Source: Glaucostegus cemiculus (taxonomy: Eukaryota). Taken from it: a stretch of 64,000 nt of DNA. Position 1 is the first letter of the stretch. Every line of letters begins with the position of its first letter. The notes under the pieces are model-generated. The model saw nothing but the letters and a program-made list of their open reading frames with translations. It did not search any database and was not told the DNA's origin. Where the stretch lies: assembly GCA_976551045.1 (NCBI GenBank), contig CDPCPM010000029.1:11284001-11348000 (forward strand), read 5' to 3'. Position numbers and translations under genes: made by a program. Shown here piece by piece: positions 38,062 through 50,632 of the stretch.

Positions 38062-38175
38062 AGAAATCTGCAGATGCTGGAAATCTGAGATAAAAACTGA
38101 AGACACTAGAAACACTCGTCAGGTCAGGCAGCATCTGTGGAAAACAGAATTAACATTTCAGGTCAAAAAACCTCC
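38062..38175. mobile_element. Penelope-derived half element
   Basis: ctgcagatgctggaaatctgag..ggtcaggcagcatctgtgg..taacatttcaggtc. A similar half lies at 48560-48700 and a short piece at 43845-43915. Confidence 0.7.
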
Positions 38176-38715
38176 ATTGCACTGGGAACGAGACCAAGAA
38201 TTTAAGGACTGAGAAAGCTTTTGGAAGCCCCTGTCTACACTCACCTTCATAGTCTGAGCACATGAGGAGATGCTGAAACTTAGGGCCAAGTTGCTGGCAG
38301 TCTGAGTCTCCATCAAAGCCATCAGAGTTATTGCAAAGGCTTCTCCACTGAAAAGGCCTGGACCTCAATGGGCATTCCCTTTCAGGGCTTGCATCTCAAT
38401 GGGCATTCCGTGGTTTTGAGACCCTTTCATAATATCTCGCACATTGGATGTGGACTCTTCCACACTGTCACTGTCTGACATTATGAGCTGTCTCTCTGCA
38501 CCAAGAGGCTGAGCGAACACAACAGTCAGTCTTCCGTGGTCTGTGCCATTAGTCAGTTTCTGCCCCCTCTGCAGCAGAACTAAGCTGCAAACTGTCCCTC
38601 CAGTCAGCTGGTCCTTGGGATATTCCTTCCCTCGGTCACTCTTGTGCAGTTGATTTTTCCAGTGCAGCCACCTCAGGCTGCACAGGGTGTCAGTTCGTGA
38701 ACTGAATCTGCAACT

Positions 38716-38910
38716 TTTTTTTAAGATTTCTATATTAGTCACATATACATCCAAACACACAGTGAAATGCATCTTTTTCGCAGAATGTTCTGGGGGCAGC
38801 CCACAAGTGTTGTCACGCTTCTGGCGCCAACGCAGCATGCCCACAACTTCCTAACCCGTACGTCTTTAGAATATGGGAGGAAACCCACGCAGTCATGGGG
38901 AGAACATACA
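38716..38910 (-). mobile_element. V-SINE, same subfamily as 4850, 5' truncated
   Basis: Reverse complement of 4935-5135 (ggcgccaacgcagcatgcccacaacttcctaacccgtacgtc). A tail-only piece lies at about 43955-44030. Confidence 0.85.
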
Positions 38911-40594
38911 TTCAGGTGAATCGTTCTCTTTCTTCCATTGATTCCTCCACTTCAGTTGGATGTGGAAAGCTACAAATTCGACCTATGTTAGCAGCAAAAT
39001 GCCCCCAGAAAATTTCCTAATAGACTTCAGAGATTCTCTTCACAGAAAATGATGAGGATCCTTTACTTGAATTCCACAATAACAATCCACTTCCTAACCA
39101 GCAGCTGGTAGCTGATAGAATGAGTGCTGGCCACTCAATCTCCTTAGTGATTACGGGCATGTTAGATGTTTGTTCTAAACTCATATTTCTTTGTGTTAAT
39201 TCCAGATTGAAATCTCGTCTCACCCCAATGTCACATCTTGACTACCTTGGAAAATCTTTAGCTCTTCAACCCCCTGCCAAAATACAGTCCTTAGTAAGTT
39301 ACCATCATGTGGGTTAATTATAGATGAGAATATTTAAGACAATTTTACAGTTACAACAGATATAATCTTGAAAGTAAACTAAGACAAATTTGGAGTGAAA
39401 CCAGGGTCCATACTACTACACAACTTAAGAAATTTGAAACTTTTCTTCCTCCCCAAAAATTCGATATCACATTTTTTTTGCACACCTTAATGATAAGACA
39501 GGATATCCAAGGATATGAATTAAAGAGAGATTCATAGAGTACAGCTATAAATAAAGACCATTTAGCCATCAGGCATGGTCTGTCAAACTCTGGTGCTAAG
39601 GAATCGCTCAAACTGTAGCATTAATGACTATTATCCAAAGGGTTATTATGAATTTCTGCAACATTTCTCTCTAATCATGTGCTGGGAAAGATTATGATCC
39701 ACTATTATTGAACACAGAGCCTTAAGTGCACTTCTTTAAAAAAAAGTGCATATTCATAATTTTCCTCCAAAAACAGGGTAAAGGAATTTCTATTCTCATG
39801 GCTAATTGCTCTTCATGGTGAGAAAATGACTGCAGAAAAGTTTTATCATTTTGAAATGCAGAACCTGAAATACCTTCACCATAGAGTTTTTAAAAGATAT
39901 ATAAATTTGTACTGCATGATAACTAGATTAAGTTGCTGCAATGCACCACAACCTACGGTCTCTAAATGTTGCTATAGGAGATTCTGTGGTGTTCACTGAC
40001 TTCTTCATCCCTTTAACCAAAGCTAAGAGAACGCAGAAGAAAGGAAACAGTTACATACGAACTGGAACCCAAATGACAAGCCTATCTGAACTGAGCAGGC
40101 GTAGCATTTCATTATAATTCACAGTTTCACCCTGAAGCCAAGTGTCAGTGATTAATGAAAGGAGCCACATAATGGCTGATCACCATAGAGAACAATGGAA
40201 ATGGGTCTGTTGAGAGTGATTGTAAATGACAGCTTCTCTCATACTCTCCACTGGCTGTGATTCCAACCTGTAGCAGTGCCACATCTTATTATCCTGGCTG
40301 ACAAGGATAAAGTTACACAAGCTATTGGATTTAAATTAAGGTATATTAAAATTGGACAAAATTGTAACCACAGACATCTCATGGAAAGTGGGTTTGAGGG
40401 CCTGCTGTAGCAAGGGCCCTCTGTTTCCTATGGAGGTAATATTAATTATCAGGAATGGGTGGGTTGTGGATGAGTGAACAGTCATTTTTAGGTTGTGATC
40501 CTGCCTTGCTCTACTTCCACAATTACCAGGCACATCTGGATGCAGGCGAATGACATCTTCACCTGTAAATTCCCTGTGAGAGAAAAATGACACC

Positions 40595-41803
40595 TTGACA
40601 AGTTACCACATGGTAGGCTGCCCCAGAAGGTTACATCACATAGGATCCAGGGTGAGCCAGTCAACTGGATACAGAATTGGACTGGTGGAAGGAGTTAGGG
40701 GATAGTAGTAGAGGATTGTTTTTCAGATTGGAACCCTGTGACCAGTGGTGTGGTGCAGGGATTGACACTAGGTCACCTGTTGTTTGTCAAATTTGAATCA
40801 AATTCTAGGTGCCATGATCAATAAATTTGCAGATGACACCAAAATTGGAGATATAATGGACAGTGAAGAAGTTTGTCTAAAGTTACAACAGTATCTAGAT
40901 CAAGTGGGAAAGTGGGCAAAGGAATGGCAGATGGAATTTAGCTCAGACCAGTGCAATGTGATGCAATTTGGGAAATTAAACTAGGGCAGGATATACACAG
41001 TGAATGACAGGGCCCTGGGAGCATTGTAGAACATAGACCTAGGGGTACAGGTACATAGCTCCTTGAAAGTGCTAACACAGGTAGGCAAGGTGGTGAAGAA
41101 GGTGCATGGTGTGCTTGCCTTCATCAGGTAGGGCACTGAGAACAAGAGTTGGGATCAGAGCCACAATAGATTTTGCAGATGTTGGAATCTGGAGCAAGAG
41201 TTGGGACATTATGTTACAGGTGTACAAGACAGTGGTAAGACTGCAACTGGAATATTGTGCATAGTTCTGATTGGCATACTATAGGAAGGATGCGATTAAG
41301 CTAGAGAGAGTGCAGAAAAGGTTCACAAGGTTGTTGCCAGGACTGAAGGGCTTGAGTCATAAGGAAAAACTGGATAGGCTGGGACTGGTTTTCCCTGGAG
41401 AGAAGGAGGCTGAGGGGTGATCTGACGGAAATTTATAAAATCATGATTGGCATTGATAAGGTGGACAGTCATAAAAACTTTCCCAGGGTAGTGGAGTCTA
41501 ACACTAGAGGATATAGGTTTAACGTGAGAGGGAAAAGACTTAAAGGGGATTTGAGGGGCATGTTTTTCACACTTAGGGTAGTGGGTCTCTGGAACGAGCT
41601 GCCAGAGGAAGTGGTTGAGGCAGGTATAATTATAACATTTAAAAGACATTTGTACAAATACATGGGTACAGAAGGTTTAGAGGAATATGGGCCAAATGCA
41701 GGCAAATGAGACTAGTTCAGGTAGATACCTTGGTTGGTAAGGATGAGTTGGGCCAAAGGGTTTGTTTCTGTGCTATACAACTTTATGACTCCATGATTCT
41801 ATG
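40595..41803 (+). mobile_element. CR1 LINE (RT and 3' end)
   Basis: INKFADDTKIG..QVGKWAKEWQMEF; DKVDS..SNTRGYRF..FFTLRVVGLWNELPEEVVEAG. Confidence 0.93.
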
Positions 41804-41929
41804 AACAATTTTTTGTGGAATTTTTCTCAGCTTTATATCTCACAACTCTGGCATAGATTTTCCATTGATTATGAATCCTTGTAGCCAAAAGAGGTAAGAA
41901 GGGCCACATCAGGCGGGCAAGTGCCTTTT

Positions 41930-42260
41930 AATACTGCATTGGTACCTAATAGGAGCAGCAATTCCCTCAAGTCTGCCCTGCCATTCAATAGCAGATCTGC
42001 CCCAAGCCTCATCTGCACCAGCTCCCCATGACTTTCATTTACCTGAACTTCCAAAAATGTACCTACTTTCTCTCTAACTACCCCAAATGATCTCTGTTTT
42101 AAATGACTGCCCCTTATCTTGTAACCATTTCCCCTTGTTTGAGATTCTCCCACTAGTGGAAACGTTTTGACATCTACTTTGTCATGCCCCCTCAGGATCT
42201 TATATGTTACAATAAGATCGCCCCTCATTCTTCTAACCTGCAAAAAGTATAGATCTAATT
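41930..42260 (-). mobile_element. CR1 3' end
   Basis: RRMRGDLIVTYKILRGHDKVDVKTFPLVGESQTRG (ORF 41869-42243). Confidence 0.85.
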
Positions 42261-42356
42261 CCTTGATGGGTCAGGAATGAAAGTTCTAAATTAGGCCAAG
42301 CCCAGTTTTACTGGTCTGAGATATGATTTAGCAAATGTGGACAGGAAATGTGGACA

Positions 42357-42623
42357 GGGCGGCACGATAGCATAGCAATTAGAGCGACTCTGTTACAGCG
42401 CCAGCAATCGGGGTTCGATTCCCGGCGCTGACTGTAAGGAGTTTGTACGTTCTCCCGTGTCTGCGTGGGTTTCCTCTGGGTGCCCCAGTTTCCTCCCACA
42501 TTCTAAAAGACGTACGGGTAGGTTAATTTGGGGGTTTAAAATGGGTGGCGCGGACTCATTGGGCCGAAAGGGCCTGTTACCACACTGTAAATAAAACTTC
42601 TAAAAATTAAAAAAAAATTAAAA
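42357..42623 (+). mobile_element. V-SINE (HE1-like), young
   Basis: CpG-retaining copy homologous to 9506-9763; preceded by a tandem aaatgtggacagg duplication. Confidence 0.9.
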
Positions 42624-42779
42624 CAGAGTAAATCAGTGTCAGGGCAGTGAAAGACTTTCATGGAGGAATTGCCAAGTATACAGAACAAGTACGGACCCAT
42701 CAAAAGAAAAGCAGCAGCTCCCAATTCTGGACCCCTCTCGATAGCAAGGAACATACTAGGCAGAACAAAGCAATAATGG

Positions 42780-43845
42780 AAAAATTATGATGGAGACAGA
42801 TCTCAACAAAGCAGAAAATTTGGGGGAGCCTAAAAGGCATAAGGGTGTAACTTTAGAAAGAAGTCAGGAATGAAAGGTATTGCAGAAAAACAATATTTGA
42901 ATAAGATCAAGTAAAACCAATTCTAAGACATTATGTAAAAATATGTGAAAAGGAAAAAAATAACAAAAGAAAGTGTGGTTCCTATTAGGGACTAAAACAA
43001 CAGACTGGATTCGGAGGTGAGGTTCTGAATGAACAGTTTGCATCTGTCTTCACAGAAGAAAGATAACAAGCATTGACATGAAGGAGGAAGAATGTGGAAA
43101 TGATAAAACAAGAGAGAAAGGACAATTAAGGAGTTTAGCCTCTTTACAAAATGCAGGTAAAATATAGTTCAGACTATTAAAAGAAGCAAGGGAGGAAATG
43201 GCAAAAGCTCCAAATGTAATTTTACAATTCTCTTTGGCAATAGTAGAGCTCCATAGGAATAGAAAATTGCTAATACAGTTTAAAAAGAAAGATATTGACT
43301 CAGTGACTCCAGGCTAATAACTCGAACATTGGTAATGGACAAATTGTTGGAATAAATTCTGAAGGGTGGCAAACAACCATTTAGAGAGGCATGGTTAATC
43401 AAGAGCAGTCAACACGAATTGTGAATGGAAGGTTAGGCCTGTTTCATAATTGGTATTTTTATGGAGGCAACAAATGCCTACAAATTGGATTTCACCTTAT
43501 TCTGGTGTGCTAAACATGTGCCGGTGGTGGACAGCTGCATGTAGGTATGGGTACCTTGCTTTTTCTGACAGATCCGAATGACCTGGACTCAAAGGTAGAG
43601 GCCACAATTAAGAATATTGCCAATGCTGCAAGGTTGACAGTGTAACTAAAAGTGAGGAAGCATATGCTGGGCTACTGTTGGATATCAATGCACAACTTGT
43701 GGCAAATTAAATTCAGTCTAGAAAACTGTGAGGTAACGTATTTAGGGAGAGAAAACAAGGCGGAAGAATATACAATAAATGATAGGATATTAAGAAGTCT
43801 TAAGGAACAAAGGAATCTTAGAATGCATATTCACAAAATTCCTGA
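42780..43845 (+). mobile_element. Old CR1 LINE fragments
   Basis: FASVFT, GLIKSSQH and WQIKFSLENCEVTYLGR..YTINDRIL motifs. Confidence 0.7.
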
Positions 43846-44029
43846 AGGCTGGAAATACTCAGCAACTCAACCTTTATCTGTGAGGAGAGGAACAGCCCTA
43901 ATATTTCAGGTCAATAATATTTAATCAAAGATTATTTTATTGTTCTCTCCAGAACCCTCTACACAAAAGATGCATTTCACTGTGAGTTTTGATGTACATG
44001 TGACTAATAAAGATATTTTATTAAAGATA

Positions 44030-45070
44030 TCTTGCAATGTAAGGAAATGTGTCAGATAATCTGTTTTTGTGCTGTTGTTTGAGGGATAAATTTGGCAAAG
44101 ACACAGAGAATTCTTCATTTTTCTTGGAATAGAACGAGATTTTTTACATTTACTTGAAAGGACCAGAATTTGAATTTCAACACCAACACACCAGCCAAGA
44201 TTATGAGCCCAAGTCGCTGAAGCTGGATAGAAAAGAATAAAGCATAACACATGCATTGTCAGTTTGGTAAAATACTAACAAAATGCCCAGTGAAAAAGTA
44301 TCAATGGCTAAAAATAACCATTTTAGCAAATATTTCTTGGGAGTGGTGAGTGTGAGGTTGTGGATGTCAATCTCCCCGTGAAATTATATTAGGCATTTGG
44401 TAGCAACTCCATGCAATTTCCAGACTTTTGTTTAACTTTTATTTGGATCCTGAAGAGTACAGAAACTTTGCTGGAAAAGTTGTTCTTGTTCCGGAAGTTC
44501 AGTACGATCAAAACATTATCACCATGGGAATTGGAATGAGAAAAAAAACACATTTGCATTTATACGGAGTTTTTCACTATCTTTGGACATTCTAAATTGC
44601 TTCGTAGTTAATGAAGCACAATTGAAGTGTGGTCACTATTGTATTGCAAGGAGGCACAACAACCAATTTACAATCAGCAGGGTTTTGCAAACCACATTGA
44701 GACAAATAATGAGAATATCAGTTTCTAGCATTACTGTTTGAAGAAAAAGTTTGAACAAGATACTGGAAGAGCTTTCTTTTTTTAAAATATTACTACTTCT
44801 AGGTGTGTGACTTCATCAGAAAGCATACCTGCCTCATTTATCTTCATTATCTTCCCAAAGATAGGTTGAGTAAAATTCTTCAATAAAGTTGAACTACTTA
44901 GGTAGTTAGGACTTTGATTTTATGTCTTGATTGAAAGAGAGAAGTTCTGGCTGGGCAACATACCCTCAGCATGACATTGACAAGTCAACTTAGATTATGT
45001 GCTCGACTTTCTGGAGAAAAACTTGAACCCATGGATCAAGTGACTGAGAGTCCCACCACTAAGTCCTGGA
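44030..45070 (-). mobile_element. Deu-domain SINE fragments, at least two degraded copies (about 44030-44220 and 44545-45070)
   Basis: gttgtttgagggataaatttggc..gatttttacatttac and catttgcatttatacggagtttttcac..tgaagtgtggtcactattgta are the reverse of the 3233 family. Confidence 0.55.
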
Positions 45071-45509
45071 TGACATAAAGTGGACTTATCCAATATGTTA
45101 AAGCACCAAAAACCAAGGAGAAATGACAATTCTGTTTGATGGAAGTATATCACAGTTTTGAAATTTGTGGTATTATAATTCAATGTAACGGCATATATTT
45201 TTATCAATTTCCCGTCTTCTTGCAGTAGGTTATTTTAACTCTTACATCACCTAGTTATCCCATCTCATGATCTCGTAGTTAGGTTCCAGCTCAACATCCA
45301 AACAGAAACATCAAAAGTGGATTTTTCTCCATCATAACAGAAAAATAAAATTTAAGAAATACAGTAAGGATTCCTTTTGGCAAATTGACATCTCAAGAAA
45401 GTCAGATTCAATTAATTACGTATCTTTGTACCCTTCTTTGCCTGCCTGATATATGTTAACAATGGTAGATTTACGTTAGATTTTCCCCTGTTTATGCCTG
45501 TGGGGTATT

Positions 45510-46140
45510 GTGGTGTTGGAAGCAAGGAAGGATGAAATCTATTGGCAGTTTCTGAAGGTGATTTTGTACTGTTTAGCACCCTTGCATCTGCTCATGACGC
45601 ATGGCAAGATTCATGAACAGACATTGGCATGTTATCATCCTGCAGATTTTGCTGCTGTTCTTCGCTTAAAATTTTGTCGTAAGCTCATTTCAACCTTTTC
45701 ACCACGTGCTCTTCCTCTGCAGATGTAGATTCCGAGTGTGCGAGGAAATTCTCATGAATAGAGAATGACAGAATACCCACTCTGACAGAGAATGCTACCT
45801 TTCTGTGAATCTGACACAACTCCTCCAGACTGAGGAAGTTTACAGAGCCGGACGTTTCAAGCAGCTGGTCCTGCCCAGAATGGTGGATCCTCACGGACAG
45901 GGCTATCCTCTTATCTCCATGGCTATCCACAGCAGTGTAATCTCCAAACACAGCAATAGAAAGCAGATACAATGAGAGCCACACAAGCACCAAGATTGTA
46001 GTGGAAAATACCATACATCTGCTGAAGGTTAAGAGTTCCTTGCCTTCATCACATCAAGACAGCTTGCAGTACAGGCCAAGCAGATGTGCAGATTTAAACG
46101 TTGTATGCTGCATATTACATAACCTTGCTAGCTGATGAAA
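45510..46140 (+). pseudogene. Harbinger transposase remnant (DDE_Tnp_4 / HARBI1-like)
   Basis: 45878-46134 in one frame with one stop: WILTDRAILLSPWLSTAV*SPNTAIESRYNESHTSTKIVVENTIHLLK..SLQYRPSRCADLNVVCCILHNLA. This matches WLLGD.GY...PWL.TP..E.RYN.AH..TR..IE..G.LK..LQY.P......CC.LHN. Confidence 0.85.
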
Positions 46141-46629
46141 ACAGCCACTGCTGGAGGAAGAACAGCAAGAAGATGCAGAGCCTGTGGGCCATGATGTGGA
46201 GCCTGGAGACCCACAAGAGAAAGCGGAGTTAGAGAAAGAAGACAACTACCAGAGGGAAGTCCAAGCACAGCTCCATCTTCCAGAAGAACTGAGGATGTAA
46301 GCACTGGTTGCATGGAGTAAAAGGGACTTCCTAAAAGAGGCACAATTTTCATGAGTAACCTGAAAAATCAAGTTTCCCAATGCAAACCAAATGACCCTTT
46401 CCACTCTACTCATCTTAACCTTAAAGTGAAGTGTGTCAATAATTAACTGGGAGAGCTCAGAGTACATAGAATTCCCTGATATCCTGCTGTGCAGATACAA
46501 TTCCCAGTTCCAATTACTTTGTTGAATTTCTTGTTAAGTGGCAACTCATTAAGGAACTTAGAACTCCACTTAAAGTGCATTTTCTGTGAGAATACCCACT
46601 CTGCAGCTGTAAACAGTGGTGTGTAGAAT

Positions 46630-46880
46630 ATCTTGATGTAGGTTATGAGAGCATGATATTTCTTTCCTCATTGCTCCATTGCATAGGGTTTCTCATTGCT
46701 GAAGAAGAACAATGTTTCAACCTCATGCCAGCCTCTTCTTATGGGGGTCTGGCAGGTTTCCTGACCCCCCCCCCAGAATGCAAAAGACCATCTTTCTGAA
46801 CTGTATCTCATTATCAGGACTTGCAAGTTTCCAGCCTTTAGGAACTGTCTCCTTCTTTCCTGCAGCCTTTGCTTCAAGGC
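46630..46880 (-). pseudogene. Harbinger Myb/SANT-like DNA-binding ORF remnant
   Basis: ERRRQFLKAGNLQVLI..GG..RRGWHEV..PYAMEQ*GKKYHAL resembles R.PRFS..ELEVL..RRAWEEV..RTWEQCRKK.NDL; convergent with the transposase. Confidence 0.7.
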
Positions 46881-47350
46881 AGCCCAAGTCAGTGCTGCTG
46901 CTGTCGGACTGCTATTGGGAGTAGATCTTTAAGGGTGACGACCTTCTCTGCATAATGTGCAGCAAAGTGGCAGCCCATGCACAATATTGGGTGAGGAATT
47001 GTCCAGGTCTTCTTTCAGCAGGCAGTTCTGGATATAAACCTACACTTTCTAACAGGAATTTGGCTACTTCTGCAATGTTATTTTGTGGTCAACCTGACTG
47101 GGCAATAGTGCCAATAGCAGCCATATTTTAGCACACCAAAAATTGATACTATCCAAGCACAGATGAGGTCGTATCACTCTCATGCTATTAAAGGAAATCA
47201 GCCATTTTAAGCTCAGTAATGAGCTACATGAATTTTCAGAAACTCACCAAGTATAATTAAATTGAATATCCTGCCTCAGATTTTTATTTATTTTTCTAAC
47301 TAAATAGGAAGGCATTCAGTCCATCAAATTCATGCCAGCTCTCTGAGCAA

Positions 47351-47418
47351 TGTGTGTGTGTGTGCACGCGCGTGTGAAGGCGCGCGTGTGCGTGTGTGTG
47401 TGTGTGTATGTATGTATG
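47351..47418. repeat. Mixed (TG)n/(CG)n/(TATG)n alternating purine-pyrimidine tract
   Basis: Directly visible. Confidence 0.95.
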
Positions 47419-49009
47419 AAAGATGCTGTATGGTAAAGTGTAATGCCAATTTAATTTTAAGCTTATAAATAATCAACAAATTTTTTTTGCATAATACACT
47501 TATTATAAATTTAAAATTACTAGTTTGGCTATGAGAAGAATAATTAAACGGAAGTTGACTTATAGAATGCATGTTGTTGCTGTAAACATGACCACTAAAA
47601 TAAAACCAAAAATATAATCTCCAATCTCTCCTATTAACCCAATTTATATCTTGAATATTATTTAACAAAAGGCAATATCACACAATTACTGTAAGATGCT
47701 GACATTTATCACGCCTTGAATATTAACAGGAATATATTTTCTATGAACAATACAATTGACTTTTAGCTTCATGTTGAACTTAGCAATCTCTGCTCAGAAC
47801 TTGTATTTTAGGTTTGGCTATATCCAAAAACTAAGACTCTTCCTTTTTATAAAGAAAGCTCATTAAGCAATCAGCGATCTCTTGGGTCAGTTTGCAATCT
47901 CCAATTAAATTTGTGTCAAAGTAATATCTCCATTAGACACTCATATCTAATAAAAGAAAGTCTTGTAGTTTAGAAGCTTTACTGTCCAGCATTGTCCTAT
48001 AAAGAGTTAATGCACCTATGTGAAATTACTCTGTTCCTTGCTGCAATGACGTATTAACACTCTTGTCAGAATGGTGGGTAACAATTTCTTGTGAATACAA
48101 TATTCATACTGGGGCATTATTTCCAGTCTTATGTTAAGTAACAGCTTCCATACTAATAAAACAAGCCAAAACAAGAAATAATTATCTCCCCTGCTGGCAA
48201 TTTTTCAGGTTATATAAAATGTGTAAAAAAAGTTATCTTTTTCCAACCAAGCATTAGTTATCTTCCAATGTTGGAACTAAATGGCCCAGTTGCATTTCAG
48301 TCGCACAGTGTAGATTTTGATTTATGGCAATAAGAGGTGAATATTCATTGGAATCTAATCTTAACATGAGAAGCATTATCAATTTCCTGACAGTGAAGAG
48401 ATATGCACAAAAATGGATGAGGTCCCACAAGGAGTCACACACATACCATTTTTGCCCTTCTGTTTGCTTATAAACCATTCTAGTGTTGTTTCAAACTGGA
48501 TTTTGATCAATTCTGTAATGAGAAAGAAAGGAGGCTCTGTATGATGAAACTCAAAAGACCACTGATGCTGGAAGTCTAAAATAAAAAAAAGAAAATATTG
48601 GAAACATTCAACAAGCCAGGCAACATCTGTGGAGAAAAAAAAACAGTTAATGTTTCCAGTCAAAATCCTGACAAAGAGTCTTTGACTTTTTGAGTCCAGA
48701 AGTCCAGGACTGATCATTGAGACCCACAGGGAAAACTTACACCACCGGACAATGCTCCCTATCCTCCCCCACCTTCTCTCCAAGCCCAATCATAATTTTG
48801 ACTGGACTGCACACATCTGTCCTTGACTGCTATGGCCCTGCTGGCAGGTCCTGTTGCCCAAGTTCCTTTCCCTGCTCATCACTCAAGCACCATTTGCTGC
48901 TGTTTGGCCTCACATCTGAATCTCAATATGGTTACATGTTCCAGAAATTAAAATCCATCCAGATCTTGGCTTGTGCGTTTGTCACCATTTACCTCCTTAC
49001 GCATCCCAC

Positions 49010-50632
49010 AATATCAGTATTTACCAAGGAAAAGGAGATGGAGGATAGTGACATCAGTGTGGAGCGTGCTAATTTGCTAGGGCATTTCAAGATAAAGAAG
49101 GAGGTAGTGTTGGGTGTCTTAAAGAACATTAAGGTGGATAGGTTCCCAGGGCCTGATGGGATATACCCCAGGTTATTGAGAGAGGCAAGAGATGAGATTG
49201 CTAGGGCTTTGACCAATATCTTCATGTCCTCCTTAGCCACAGGTGAGGTCCCGGAGGACTGGCAAGTAGCTCATGTTGTTCCATTATTCAAGAAGGGATA
49301 TAGGGATAATCCTGGAAACTATAGATAAACTTGGTGAGTCTCACGTCAGTGGTAGGGAATGTACTGGTGAGAATTCTTGGGAATAGGATTTATGATCATT
49401 TGGAAAACAATGGCCTAATTAGAGACATACAGCATGGCTTTGTACAAGGCAAGTTGTGTCTTACGAACTTGATTGAGGTTTTTTTGAGTTTTACATGGAT
49501 TTTAGTAAAGTGTTTGACAAGGTCCCTCATGGGAGGCTCCTCCAGAAGATTAAGGTACATGGGATCCATGGTGAATTGGTCATTTGGATTCAGATCTGGC
49601 TGGAGGTTATTGACCAGTGGTGTTCCACAGGGATGCATACTGGGACCTCTGCTGTTTGTGATGTATATAAATGACCTGGATGAAAATGCAGATGGTAAGT
49701 TTTTCAACAAACCAAAGACTGGTGGTATTGTGGATAGCATAGAAGACTGGCAAAGGATACAAAGTAAGATAGAGGTCAGTTGCGAATATGTGTGGAGAAA
49801 TGGCAGATAGAGTTCAACCCGGCCAAATGTGAATTGTTGCACTGTGGGAGATCAAACGTAAAGAGACAGTTCACTGTTAATGGCAAGATCCTTAACAGTG
49901 TTGATGTGCAGACGGATCTTGGGGTCCAAATCCCTAGCTCCCTGGAAGTAGTTACACAGGTTGATAAGGTGGTAAAGAAGGCATATGGCATGCTTGCCTT
50001 TATTAGTCGAGGCACTGTGTTCAAGAGTTGGGAGGTTATGTTGCAGCTTTATAAAACTTTAGTTAGGCCGCATCTGGAGTATTCCATTTAGTTCTGGTCA
50101 CCCCATTATAGCAAGGATGTGGAGGCTTTGGAGAGGGTGTAGCAGAGGTTTGCCAGGATGCTGCCTAGATTAGAGGGTATGTGCTATGAGGAGAAGTTGG
50201 ACAAACTTGGGTTGTTTTCTCTGGAGTGGCGGAGTCTGAGGGGAGATCTGATAGAGGTCTATAAGATTATGAGGAACATAGATGGAGTAGACAGCCAGTA
50301 TCTTTTTCCTAGGATTGAAATGTCTAATACCAGCGGGCAAGGTGAGAGGGGGTAAATTCAAAGGAGAGGTGCGGGACAAGTTTTTTACAAAGAGAGCGGT
50401 GGGTGCCTGCAAGGCACTGCCAGGGGTGGTGGTGGAGGCAGATACAGTAGGGGCATTCAAGAGGCTCTTAGATAGGCACATGTATGCGCAGGAAATGGTA
50501 GGATATGGACATTGCGTAGGCAGAAGGGATTAGTTTAGTTGGGCATTTGATTACTAATTTAATTAGTTTGGCACAACATTGTGGGCCGAAGGGCCTGTTC
50601 CTGTGCTGTACTGTGCTATGTTCTATGTTCTA
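49010..50632 (+). mobile_element. Relatively young CR1 LINE, 5' truncated
   Basis: SVFTKEK..VDRFPGPDGIYPRLLREA..VPEDWQVAHVVPLFKKG..NPGNYR; SGVPQGCILGPLLFVMYINDLD; LVRPHLEY; tail gggccgaagggcctgttcctgtgctgtactgtgctatgttctatgttcta. Confidence 0.95.

Noticed and set aside
40527-40573. Possible 47-nt minus-strand exon (tttttctctcacag|...|gtaatt; EFTGEDVIRLHPDVP)
   Set aside because: The splice signals are plausible, but the peptide is unrecognised and no partner exons are evident. It needs RNA-seq or homology support.
45510-46140. Functional domesticated HARBI1-like gene
   Set aside because: In-frame stops, frameshifts upstream and eroded motifs indicate a fossil transposon.
48717-49328. Longest ORF in the track (203 aa) as a host gene
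   Set aside because: Chimeric read-through: the N-terminal half is unrecognisable and the C-terminal half is CR1 ORF2 (PGPDGIYPRLL..VPEDW..NYR).
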